From: Gemmatimonadota bacterium
GTDB lineage: Bacteria; Gemmatimonadota; Gemmatimonadetes; Gemmatimonadales; GWC2-71-9
DNA: 23,363 nucleotides
Reading direction: 5' to 3'
Assembly: GCA_003221005.1 (NCBI GenBank)
Contig: QHTZ01000103.1
Span: forward strand, 1 to 23,363
This document shows, one piece after another, positions 6,935 to 16,186 of the stretch. The notes under the pieces were generated by a model. That model was not told the origin of the DNA. It was given only the letters and a program-made list of their open reading frames with translations, and did not search any database. The position numbers and the translations under genes are program-made. Each line of letters opens with the position of its first letter. The stretch's first letter is position 1.

Positions 6935-7897
6935 ATGTTCGAGAAGCTCGTCGTGGTCACGCGGCGCACGCGGCTCGAAGAGCTCGTGGACCGGTTCAAC
7001 ACGCGCGGCCAGGCGAAGTTCTACATCGAGCGCGTGGGGTCGAGCTTCGCCGACTACGAGGCCGAGCACGAGGCCTACCACCGCGCGCTCGTCCTGGTGC
7101 GGCGCGAGCTCGACCTCGGGCTCCCCCGCCAGCTGCTCGACCGCTCGCTCGTTCCCACCTACCGGTTCGCGCCGACGGACGTGGTCGTGGTCCTGGGCCA
7201 GGACGGGTTGGTCGCGAACGTCGCCAAGTACGCCGCGGGCCAGCCGCTCGTCGGCGTGAACCCGGACCCCGAGCGCATCGACGGCATCCTGCTCCCGTGG
7301 CGGCCCGAGGACGCGCGCGCCGCGGTGCGCGCGGTGCTCGACGGCGCCGCCGGGACGCGCTCCGTCACGCTCGCCGAAGCGGTGCTCAACGACCGCCAGC
7401 GGCTGCTCGCCTTCAACGATCTCTTCATCGGCGCGCGCACGCACGTCTCGGCCCGCTACCGGATCCGCGCGGGGGAGCGCGTGGAGGCGCAGTCGTCGAG
7501 CGGCGTGCTCGTATCGACCGGAGCGGGCTCGACCGGCTGGATGTCGTCGGTATTCAACATGGCGGCCGGGGTCGCCGCATTTCTCGGCGGAGCCGGACGC
7601 GTGCAACACCGCGCGCCGCTGGAATGGGAAGATCCACGGCTCCTCTACGCCGTGCGCGAGCCGTTCGCGAGTCGCCATTCCGCCGCGGGCGTCGTCGCGG
7701 GATGGATTCCGGGTGGGGGCGAGCTCGTGCTCGAGTCGCACATGCCCACGGGCGGCGTGATCTTCTCGGATGGCATCGAGGCCGATTTCCTCCATTTCAA
7801 TGCCGGCGCGGTGGCCCGCGTCCGCGCCGCCCGGCAGCGGGCGACGCTCGTGGTCTCCCGCGTCGCCGCGGAGCCGCGCGCCTTGGCGCATGCCTGA
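6935..7897 (+). CDS. nrtY: NAD kinase (PpnK)-like protein (NrtY type)
   Basis: VVVLGQDG (variant of GGDG), PLVGVN, AFNDLFIG (NE/ND motif), SSGVLVSTGAGSTGW (variant of dG...STP.GSTAY), FSDG. Confidence 0.85.
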   Translation: MFEKLVVVTRRTRLEELVDRFNTRGQAKFYIERVGSSFADYEAEHEAYHRALVLVRRELDLGLPRQLLDRSLVPTYRFAPTDVVVVLGQDGLVANVAKYAAGQPLVGVNPDPERIDGILLPWRPEDARAAVRAVLDGAAGTRSVTLAEAVLNDRQRLLAFNDLFIGARTHVSARYRIRAGERVEAQSSSGVLVSTGAGSTGWMSSVFNMAAGVAAFLGGAGRVQHRAPLEWEDPRLLYAVREPFASRHSAAGVVAGWIPGGGELVLESHMPTGGVIFSDGIEADFLHFNAGAVARVRAARQRATLVVSRVAAEPRALAHA

Positions 7898-8576
7898 CCG
7901 GGCGCAGCGGGCCGACACCCGGGTCACCGTGGACCTCGTCATCTTCGCGATCCGGGAGGCGCGGCTTCAGGTTCTGCTCATTCGCAGGGCGGTCGCTCCG
8001 TTCGAGGGGCGGTGGGCCTTGCCGGGCGGCTTCGTGCTCGCGGGCGAGGGACTCGAGGCGGCGGCGCTGCGCGAGCTCGAAGAGGAGACAGGGGTCCGGC
8101 AGGTGTACCTGGAGCAGCTCTACACGTTCGGCGATCCGGGCCGCGATCCGCGTGGCCGCGTGGTAACCGTCGCCTACGTCGCGCTGATCGCGGCCGACCG
8201 CGCGCCGCTCGAGGCGGGGAGCGACGCGGCGGCGGCGCGCTGGTGGCCCGTGGACGACCGGCCGCCGCTCGCCTTCGACCACGACAAGATCCTCGATTAC
8301 GCCGTCGAGCGGCTCCGCAACAAGCTCGAGTACACGACCGTCGGGTTCCAGCTGCTGCCGCGCCAGTTCACGCTCACGGCGCTGCAGCAGGTATACGAAG
8401 CGGTCCTCGGCCGGCGGCTCGACAAGCGCAACTTCCGCCGCAAGATCGCGCTGCTCGGGATCCTGACGCCGCTGCGCGAGCGGCGCACCGAGGGGGGACG
8501 CCCCGCCCGGTTATACGAGTTCTCGGCGCGGCGCTTCGAGAAGCTCAAAGACAAGGGCATCCTGTTCCCGTTCTGA
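7890..8576 (+). CDS. nrtR: NrtR-family regulator (Nudix domain + winged HTH)
   Basis: Start ATG 7890 overlapping upstream stop; VTVDLVIF, WALPGGF, Nudix box GFVLAGEGLEAAALRELEEETGV, EQLYTFGDPGRDPRGR, LAFDH, then wHTH FTLTALQQVYEAVLG..LDKRNFRRK...GGRPARLY. Confidence 0.93.
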   Translation: MPDRAQRADTRVTVDLVIFAIREARLQVLLIRRAVAPFEGRWALPGGFVLAGEGLEAAALRELEEETGVRQVYLEQLYTFGDPGRDPRGRVVTVAYVALIAADRAPLEAGSDAAAARWWPVDDRPPLAFDHDKILDYAVERLRNKLEYTTVGFQLLPRQFTLTALQQVYEAVLGRRLDKRNFRRKIALLGILTPLRERRTEGGRPARLYEFSARRFEKLKDKGILFPF

Positions 8577-8578
8577 CG

Positions 8579-10249
8579 TCACTTCACGATGGTCAACCCA
8601 TGTGGCACCGCGCCCGGGAACACATAGGCATACAGCAGCACGATCACGCCAACGACCGCCCCCAACGCGATCGAATGCCAGAAGACCCACCGGAAGATGG
8701 TCCCTTCGTTCCCAACCTGATTGGTCGCCGAGGTCGCGACGGTGATGGATTGCGCGTCCACCATCTTTCCCATCACGCCCCCCGCGCTGTTCGCCGCGCA
8801 CATCAACACCGGATCGAGGTTGAGCTGCTGCGCGGTGATCCGTTGCAGGCTGCCGAAGAGCGCGTTGGAGGAGGTGTCGCTGCCCGTCAGGGCCACGCCC
8901 AGCCAACCGAGATACGTGCCGAAGAAGGGGAACAGCCAACCGGTCCGCGTGAACGCGAGCCCCAGCACGGCATCCAAGCCCGAATAGCGGGTCGTGAACC
9001 CCAATCCCAGCATGAACGAGATCGCGATGACGGCGAGCTTCATGCGCTTGAGTGTGCGCCAGAAGATCTGCGCGAGCTGGGCCGGCCCCAGCCCGAGCAC
9101 CAGGCCGGCGACGATCGCGGCGAAGAAGCACCCGGTGCCGGTGGCTGATAGCCAGTTGAAGTCATACCGCGCCGCTTCCGGAGTCAGCTTGGTCACGACC
9201 GGCGCGGCGCGCGACACCGCGTTGTGCAGGAACGGCACGTTCCAGACGGGCGTCGTGGCGCGGTTCATCGCACCCTTGATCGCCGGCAGGCCCCACACCA
9301 ACACGAAGACGGAGAGGATGGCGAACGGCATCCAGGCCTTCGCGATCTGGCCCGGCGTGTGCTTGGGAACACTTCCGGGCGCGCGCGCCCCCGCCCCCGA
9401 CATCGCGCCGCGCTCGTGCTCGAGCCTCCAGATGCGTTTCGGCTGCCAGAATCGCAGGAATAGCACCGTCGCGACCAGTGAGACGACGCCCCCTGCGATG
9501 TCGACGAGGTTCGAGTCCACGTGGTTCGACCAGAAATACTGCATCAGGCTGAACGACGCTCCCACCACCAGGATGGCGGGCAGCACCTCGACGGTTTCCG
9601 ACCAGCTGACCATCGCGCGGACCAGCCAGAAGGGCACGATGATGCCGGTGATGGGAAGGATGCGGCCGATCATGGCGCTCAAGTCCGATTCCGGGAGACC
9701 TGACACGGCCGCGAGCGTATGCACCGGTGTACCGATCGCGCCCCACGCCACCGGCGACGTGTTGGCGAGCAGATTGAGCGCCGCGGCGTGGAACGGCTGG
9801 AATCCCAACCCGATCATGAAGGCGCCCGCAATCGCCACCGGCGCGCCGAAGCCCGCCGCGCCCTCGATGAAAGCTCCGAAGCAGAAAGCCACGAGCAAGA
9901 GCTGGAGGCGGCGGTCCGCGGTTATCCCGGCCACCGACTCCTTCATGATCTCGAACTGGCCGGTGTGCACCGACACGTCGTAGAGATAGACCGCCGCGAG
10001 CACGATCCAGGCGATCTTGAGGACGCCAAACCCGACTCCGTACACGAAGCTCATTGCCGCGAGCGGGAACGGCATCCCGAAGATCGTGACGGCGACCACC
10101 ACCGCCGTGCCGGCCCCGGCCATCGCGCACCAGTGCGGCTTCACCCTCAGACCGGCGAGCAGGCCGAACAGCACCAGGATCGGCAGTGCCGCCACGAGGG
10201 TCGAAAGGATCCAGCTGTGCAACGGATCGTAAACCTGGGTCCAGGCCAT
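8579..10249 (-). CDS. lctP: L-lactate/glycolate permease (LctP/GlcA family)
   Basis: MAWTQVYDP start, DRRLQLLLVAFCFGAFIEGAAGFGAPVAI, GWLGVALTGSDTSSNALFGSLQ, AANSAGGVMGKM; many TM helices. Confidence 0.95.
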   Translation of the reverse strand: MAWTQVYDPLHSWILSTLVAALPILVLFGLLAGLRVKPHWCAMAGAGTAVVVAVTIFGMPFPLAAMSFVYGVGFGVLKIAWIVLAAVYLYDVSVHTGQFEIMKESVAGITADRRLQLLLVAFCFGAFIEGAAGFGAPVAIAGAFMIGLGFQPFHAAALNLLANTSPVAWGAIGTPVHTLAAVSGLPESDLSAMIGRILPITGIIVPFWLVRAMVSWSETVEVLPAILVVGASFSLMQYFWSNHVDSNLVDIAGGVVSLVATVLFLRFWQPKRIWRLEHERGAMSGAGARAPGSVPKHTPGQIAKAWMPFAILSVFVLVWGLPAIKGAMNRATTPVWNVPFLHNAVSRAAPVVTKLTPEAARYDFNWLSATGTGCFFAAIVAGLVLGLGPAQLAQIFWRTLKRMKLAVIAISFMLGLGFTTRYSGLDAVLGLAFTRTGWLFPFFGTYLGWLGVALTGSDTSSNALFGSLQRITAQQLNLDPVLMCAANSAGGVMGKMVDAQSITVATSATNQVGNEGTIFRWVFWHSIALGAVVGVIVLLYAYVFPGAVPHGLTIVK

Positions 10250-10276
10250 GGTTCACTCCTCGGGCCCGTCGGGGCC

Positions 10277-11818
10277 CTACAGCGGATCGAATGCGCCCTG
10301 CAGGATCATCTCCTCACTGATCGCTCTGGCTTGGCGGAAAGTCTCCGGCGTTCCGGGATCTCTGAGCGAGCGCAGCTCGCCCAGGATACGCGTCAGCTCT
10401 GCGTCGAACAGCTTCGTGACGAGCTCCCGTGTGTGGACGATGGGCTTGCCCGCCTCGTCCAGCACCGGGGCCGCGGCACCGTGCCGCAGCCGTTGGGCGA
10501 TCATCAGGCGGTAGATGCGATCGGTCGCCTGGTCTTCCATGTATCCGTCGAGCAGGCTGGCGCCCCTCCCGTTCAGCACGCCGTTGCGGTAGCGGATGAC
10601 CGTCCGCACAGCCGCCCTCGTCCCCTGGAGCGACCGCGTTCCCACGCCGCGCGGCAACGGCCGGAGATCGGGGTGTGGGTCGGAGAGGGCGGGCCGTCGC
10701 TGCAGCTGGTTCGGGGACGGGAACTGGCGCACCGCGATCTCGTTCTGGTCCGGGTGCCCGGTCCAGGCGCCGTCCATCAGGCAGGTCGCCTCGTTCTTCT
10801 TGTCCTGGGCGAGCACCGCGAGCGCCCGCGCGTTCAGCTCCGGGTCCTCGCGGCTGGGAAACAGGGCCGTCATCCCGCCGATGGCGAACGCCCCCCGCTT
10901 GTGGCAGATGTCCACCAGCAGCTCGCGCACCCGCTGGTAGAACGGCACGTCGTAGGGGATCGTGTTGCGGTCCGGGAGCACCCACTCCGGCCGCTCGAAC
11001 GTGAAGTGGATGAGACTCGCCATGTAGTCCCACCGGCCGAGATTGAGGCCGAGGCAGTGCGCGCGCAGCTCGTAGAGGAACTCCTCCATCTGATACGCCA
11101 TGGGGTGCGCTTCCATCAGCGCCATGCACTTGATGTAATCCGCCGGCAGCTTTCGGGTGGCCGCGAGCGCCGGGAGCAGATCGCGCCACCACCGCGCCTC
11201 CTCGGCGGACTCGGACTTCGGGATGTACAGAGCGAGCGGATGCTTCAGCGTGGCAGGATCGATCCGGTAGAACACGCTCGCCACGTCGAACAGCGACGCC
11301 GCGGTGACGCCTGAGCTGAAGATGCCGGCCTGGCTGATGTGCAGCCCCCGCGGGCGGACCCACACCACGGTCTTGCTGGGCTCGATGCCGACCGTGCGGT
11401 TGCGCTTCTGGTCGAAGTAGCTGAGCTCCCCGCGCAGCGCCTTGAGGATGTTCTCGATCCCCAGGGTGAGATGGTCCCACTGGTTCGCCATCGAGTCTTC
11501 GAGGTCGAGCATCACGCCCGGCGCGCCGGAGTTTAGCATCTTCACGACGAGGTCGGCGTCGTCCGCGGGGCCGGTCATCTGGTTGCGCTGGTCCTGGCAC
11601 CAGGTGGGAAGCTCAATCCGCCAGGTGCCCCGCGTCGCCTCGGAGGGCGGCAGATAATCGGGAAGCTCACCGCGATGCGCGCGGGAAAGCACCTGTTTCC
11701 GCGCGGCGATGAGCTGTTGTTGGCGCGGCGTAAACTGATGGTGCAGCGGGGTGAAGAACTCGAAGAACCCGCGGGGCAGGTCCCGCGCCGGATCGAACCC
11801 GGGCGGGGCCGTGTTCAT
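10277..11818 (-). CDS. aceB: Malate synthase (MSA/AceB-like); alternative GTG start at 11851
   Basis: QMTGP, MLDLEDS, VRPRGLH, LYIPK.ES..EA, GLNLGRWDY, CHKRGAFAIGGM, DGAWTGHP, YMEDQAT (catalytic Asp). Confidence 0.92.
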   Translation of the reverse strand: MNTAPPGFDPARDLPRGFFEFFTPLHHQFTPRQQQLIAARKQVLSRAHRGELPDYLPPSEATRGTWRIELPTWCQDQRNQMTGPADDADLVVKMLNSGAPGVMLDLEDSMANQWDHLTLGIENILKALRGELSYFDQKRNRTVGIEPSKTVVWVRPRGLHISQAGIFSSGVTAASLFDVASVFYRIDPATLKHPLALYIPKSESAEEARWWRDLLPALAATRKLPADYIKCMALMEAHPMAYQMEEFLYELRAHCLGLNLGRWDYMASLIHFTFERPEWVLPDRNTIPYDVPFYQRVRELLVDICHKRGAFAIGGMTALFPSREDPELNARALAVLAQDKKNEATCLMDGAWTGHPDQNEIAVRQFPSPNQLQRRPALSDPHPDLRPLPRGVGTRSLQGTRAAVRTVIRYRNGVLNGRGASLLDGYMEDQATDRIYRLMIAQRLRHGAAAPVLDEAGKPIVHTRELVTKLFDAELTRILGELRSLRDPGTPETFRQARAISEEMILQGAFDPL

Positions 11819-11847
11819 CGGCGGATAGGCAGCGGTGTGGGCGCCGA

Positions 11848-12171
11848 TCACACGGCGGGCCTGCGTCCGAGCTCGGTGCTGGCCCACATGCCAGCCTGTA
11901 CGGCGGTCTCGGGCATCGCGCCGTCGAACCGCCGCACGAGGATCGCGGCGCGACCGTTCCGGGTGACGGCGACCATGTGGAGGATCGAGACCTCGCCGTC
12001 GGCGGGCGTGTACTTGAGCCGCAGCTGCGCGCCGCCCGCTTCGCCCCCCGTGCCGAGCGAAATCGCCGGGTGTGCCCGGGCGATGTAGTCGTTCACCCAG
12101 GCCTGCAGCACGTCCATCGCATCCTTCTGCGGTGCCTGCCCGGCCATGCTGAGCCCCCTCTCTCCGTTCAC
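11848..12171 (-). CDS. Hypothetical protein (start either GTG 12171 or ATG 12147)
   Basis: Fills the gap between same-strand genes with GTGA overlaps at both ends; normal composition; AGAGAGGGG RBS before ATG 12147. Confidence 0.7.
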   Translation of the reverse strand: MNGERGLSMAGQAPQKDAMDVLQAWVNDYIARAHPAISLGTGGEAGGAQLRLKYTPADGEVSILHMVAVTRNGRAAILVRRFDGAMPETAVQAGMWASTELGRRPAV

Positions 12172-12728
12172 GCGCCCCTGGCGGACTCCGCGTCACCCGG
12201 GGCCCGCAGCTGATCAAGGATGAGGTCCCCCTGCCCCTGCTCGAGGAGCTGATAGCGCAGCTGGCCGGCGGTGTCGCGGCCGACGGCCTGGGCGCAGTAC
12301 GCCGGCAACCAGATGGGGTAGTGCCCCGGCGTTCCCCAGCCGCTCGTGTCGAACGCCGTGCGGCCGTCCGTCACCCGGAGCAGAGCGACGCCCCCGTCCC
12401 GGGCGGCCTGCAGGGCCTCCGGCTCGAACGCGCCCGTTGCAAACAGGATGCCGCCGTCGACGCCGGCCTCGGTGACGTGACTCTTGAACGCCTCGACCGC
12501 GGCCCGCCCGATGGGGAGATCCTGCCGCCGGCAGCCGATCAAGGCGCGCCGCCGCCACGCGGCACGGCTGATTACGCCTTCCAGCTCCAATAGATAGCCC
12601 CGCTCGGGCTGGGGGAATGTGGTGCGGCGGTGTTGGCGCAGCTCGGAGACCTCGAGCCCGACCTTGCGCAGCTCGCGCACCACCAGGATCTCAAAGTGCT
12701 CCGGCGTGAGCTCGGGAAGCTCAAGCAT
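12168..12728 (-). CDS. Mrr-like restriction-endonuclease-fold protein with degenerate catalytic motif
   Basis: LTPEHFEILV..L...G, IGCRR...PIGRAAVEAF, GILFATGAFEPEA..AA....VALL match the Mrr_cat scaffold (P..FE.Lv; (Q/E)CK...pvg...V..F; Gi.vtts.Ft..A...A). Confidence 0.75.
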   Translation of the reverse strand: MLELPELTPEHFEILVVRELRKVGLEVSELRQHRRTTFPQPERGYLLELEGVISRAAWRRRALIGCRRQDLPIGRAAVEAFKSHVTEAGVDGGILFATGAFEPEALQAARDGGVALLRVTDGRTAFDTSGWGTPGHYPIWLPAYCAQAVGRDTAGQLRYQLLEQGQGDLILDQLRAPGDAESARGA

Positions 12729-12818
12729 GCGGGGACTCTACGCCTCGAGCGCGGGCGCCGCCAGCCCCGGCGTTCGCCGTCGAAAACCCTGCCGGCCACT
12801 GGGGCCCGAGCGGTGGGG

Positions 12819-12848
12819 TTGCGCCCCGCGAGACGCGCTTTATATCAT
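12819..12848 (+). promoter_or_regulatory. Candidate sigma70-type promoter for the fdn operon
   Basis: TTGCGC (12819-12824), 18 nt, TATCAT (12843-12848); only AT-rich patch in the divergent intergenic region. Confidence 0.4.
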
Positions 12849-12930
12849 GACGCAGCGACGGGTCGGCTCCCGCCGGCCGTCGCTCAGAGCTTCGCGCATC
12901 CAAGCCCCTCTCTTGAGCGCGGAGGACCAG

Positions 12931-15900
12931 ATGCAGGTCACCCGTCGGGATTTCTTGCGGCTCACAGCCAGTGCAGGAGCGGGAACGGCCATTGGCGGCC
13001 TCGTCGGGCTCGGCGTGTCGCTCGCGCCCGCCGCCGCTCGCGCGCAGGAGCTGCGGATCAAGGACGCCAAAACCACGCCGAGCATCTGTCCGTTCTGCTC
13101 GGTCGGGTGCGCGACCCTGATCCACACAGTGGACGGCAAGATCGTCAACATCGAAGGCGATCCGCGCAGCCCGCACAACGAGGGAACGTTGTGCCCCAAG
13201 GGCGCCGCGATCTATCAGCTCCACATGAACCCGAACCGGGCGACCAAGGTGCTGCATCGCAAACCCGGCGCCGGCGACTGGGAGGTGGTCGAGCTCGAGT
13301 GGGCCATGGACCGTGTGGCGGAGCTGATCAAGCAGACCCGCGACGAGACGTTCATCGAGAAGCTCCCCAACGGGAAGCTCGTGAACATGACCCCGGCCAT
13401 CTTCGGGCTCGGCGGCGCGACCCTGGACAGCGAGTTCAACCACGTGTGCCAGAAGTTCTGGCGCGGGCTCGGGGTCGTCGCCATCGAGAATCAGGCCAGG
13501 ATATGACACAGCTCTAGCGTCCCCGGTCTGGGGACACGGTTCGGTCGGGGCGCGGCGACCCTGTATCCGCGCAACCTCGAGCACACCGACTGCTTCGTCA
13601 TCATGGGCTCCAACATGGCGGAGTGCCACCCGGTGGCGTTCCGCTGGCCGATGAAGGCGAAGTTGAACGGCGCGAAGCTGATCCACGTGGATCCGCGGTT
13701 CACGCGCACCAGCGCCGTCTCCGACCTGCACGTCCCGATTCGCGCCGGCTCGGACATCGCGTTCCTCGGTGGCCTCATCAATTACGTCATCCACAGCAAG
13801 CGGTGGAACGCGGACCCCTTCTTCAAGGAGTTCGTGGTCAACTACACCAACGCCGCGACGATCATCAACCCGGACTTCAAGGACACCGAGGAGCTGGAGG
13901 GCGTGTTCTCGGGGCTCGCCACGTTCGCGGAGCCTGCGTTCTGGCCCTACAACGGCCTGTTGGGCCGCTACGACCCCGCGACCTGGCAATACAAGCGGGG
14001 ACCCAAGGGCCCCGGCCCCGTCACGAAGGACCTGATCGCGAGGCGCGCGGGCCCGCCGTTCGACGATCTCGTCCGGTCGCTCAAGCCGGGCCCGGCCGAA
14101 AAGGATCCGACTCTCCAGCACCCGCATTGCGTGTTCCAGATCCTGAAGCACCACTTCAGCCGCTACACGCCGGAGATGGTGGAGCAGATCTGCGGCTCGC
14201 CCAAGGAGAAGTTCATCAAGGTGGCCGAGATGCTGCTCGAAAACTCGGGCCGGGACCGGACCAGCGCCTTCGCTTACGCGGTCGCGTGGACCCAGCACAC
14301 CTACGGGGTCCAGATGATCGGCTGCTGCGCGCTGCTGCAGCTCCTGCTCGGCAACATCGGCCGGCCGGGCGCGGGCGTCATGGCGCTACGCGGCCACGCG
14401 GCGATCCAGGGCTCGACCGACGTCCCCACGCTGTACCACAGCATCCACGGCTACATGAACGCGCCGTCGGCGCTACGCCCGCACGAGACGCTGCGAGATT
14501 ACATGGCCGCCGAGACGTCGCCGACGAGCTATTACGGCAACCTGCCCAAGTTCCTGGTCTCGTACCTGAAGTCGGTCTACGGCCCGGCGGCGACGGCGGA
14601 GAACGACTTCGGCTACGACTGGCACCCGAAGATCCTGGGCGATCACTCGCACATCGCCACGTTTGCGGCCATGGCCGAGGGCAAAGTGAAGGGCATGGTC
14701 TGCGTGGGCCAGAACCCCGCCACTTCGCTGAACGGCTCCGCGACCCGGCTGGCGATGCGGGAGCTCGAGTGGATGGTCGTGAAGGACAACTGGCTCACCG
14801 AGACGGCCACACACTGGTATCTCGGGCCCGAGGTGAAGGACGGCGCAGTGAAGGTTGGGGACATCAAGACGGAGATCTTCTTCTTCCCCTCGACGCAGAT
14901 CGCGGAATACGACGGCAGCTTCACCAACACGCAACGCATGCTGCAGTGGCACTCCAAGGCGTCCGACGCGCCGGGCGACTGCCGCACCGACACCTGGTTC
15001 TACCACAACCTGGCGAAGCGCCTCAAGAAAGCGTACGCCGGCTCGAAGCTATCGCGCGACCAGGGCTGGAACAACGTACTGTGGGCCTTCGACCCGGATC
15101 CGGGCGTGAAGCCCATCTATCCCGGGGAGCCCGACGCGCTCAAGATCCTGCGGGAGATCAACGGGTACCAGACCGCCGATCCCAAACAGCACCTCAAGGG
15201 CTTCGCCGAGCTGAAGGACGACGGCTCGACCACGTGCGCATCGTGGATCTACTGCGGCTGCTTCCCGGCGTGGGACCAGAACCTCACGGCGCGGCGCGAG
15301 CCCGATCCGCCGGGCGTGCCCGGGGCCCACCTCAAGTGGGGCTGGGCGTGGCCCGCGAACCGCCGCGTGATGTACAACCGTGCCTCCGCCGACTTGAAGG
15401 GCAACCCCTGGAGCGAGCGGAAGCGCTGGGTGTGGTGGGACGCGAGCTTCGTAAACCCGCCCGATCCCAAGACGGGGAAGGTCGTCCCCCGCGGCAAGTG
15501 GGTGGGCTACGACGTGCCTGACTGCGGCGCTACGAAGGCCCCGGACGCCAAGCCGAAGCCGGACGGCATCGGCCTCGACGCCCTCTCCGGCGCCCAGCCC
15601 TTCATCATGAGGGCGGACGGCAAGGGTTGGCTGTTCGTGCCCGCAGGGTTAGTGGACGGGCCGCTCCCCACCCATTACGAGCCGCACGAGTCACCCGTCA
15701 AGAACCTCCTCTACAAGCAGCAGAGCAGCCCGGTGCACAAGCTCTGGGCTCCGGGAAAGCCGTACAATCAGATCGCCGCGGTGGGCGACCCCAAGTTCCC
15801 GTACGTGATCAGCACGTACCGCTTGACCGAGCACTACCTGGCGGGCGCGATGAGCCGCTGGCTGCCGTGGCTGAGCGAGCTGCAGCCGGAGCTCTTCATC

Positions 15901-16185
15901 GAGCTGGGCAAGGACCTGGCTCGGGAGAAGGGGATAAGGAACCTCGACTGGGTGATCATCACGTCCCCGCGCGGCCACGTCCGGGCGAAGGCGCTGGTGA
16001 CCGACCGGATCGGGGTGATGAACGTCGCGGGCAAGCGTATCCACCACGTCGGCATGCCCTGGCACTGGGGCTGGATGGGCTTGAGCACGGGCGATGTCGT
16101 GAACGACCTGACCTCCTGGGTCGGGGATCCCAACGTGTCGATCCACGAAGGCAAGGCGTTCGTCTGCAACGTGGAAAGGGCCTGA
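12931..16185 (+). CDS. fdnG: Formate dehydrogenase alpha subunit, selenocysteine-containing (1084 aa; Sec at codon 192)
   Basis: GGAGGA RBS, Tat signal TRRDFL, CPFCSVGC..C [4Fe-4S], ENQARI-TGA-HS in frame with the downstream 860-aa ORF (no other stop), MGSNMAECHP, LRGH, molybdopterin-binding C-terminus. Confidence 0.96.
13504..13535 (+). promoter_or_regulatory. UGA Sec codon and bacterial SECIS hairpin
   Basis: TGA 13504-13506 at the catalytic Cys/Sec position; stem GTCCCC (13519-13524) / GGGGAC (13530-13535) with loop GGTCT beginning 18 nt after UGA. Confidence 0.88.
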
Positions 16186-16186
16186 T

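Noticed and set aside
8574-8581. TGACGTCA palindrome between nrtR and lctP
   Set aside because: Simply two convergent TGA stop codons separated by 2 nt.
9719-11314. 531-aa plus-strand ORF (likewise 12721-14298, 13623-15521, 16225-17484, 22432-23328)
   Set aside because: Overlap well-supported genes in another frame or strand and lack family motifs.
12168-12728. Active type IV restriction or defence system
   Set aside because: Catalytic residues appear substituted and no other defence genes or mobile context are nearby.
12729-12930. Possible Moco/tungsten-cofactor riboswitch in the fdnG leader
   Set aside because: I could not identify the conserved multi-stem pattern by eye and the leader is short; an Rfam/Infernal scan would settle it.
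13504-13506. Premature stop suggesting an fdnG pseudogene
   Set aside because: TGA lies at the catalytic Sec position, the frame is preserved and a SECIS-like hairpin follows.
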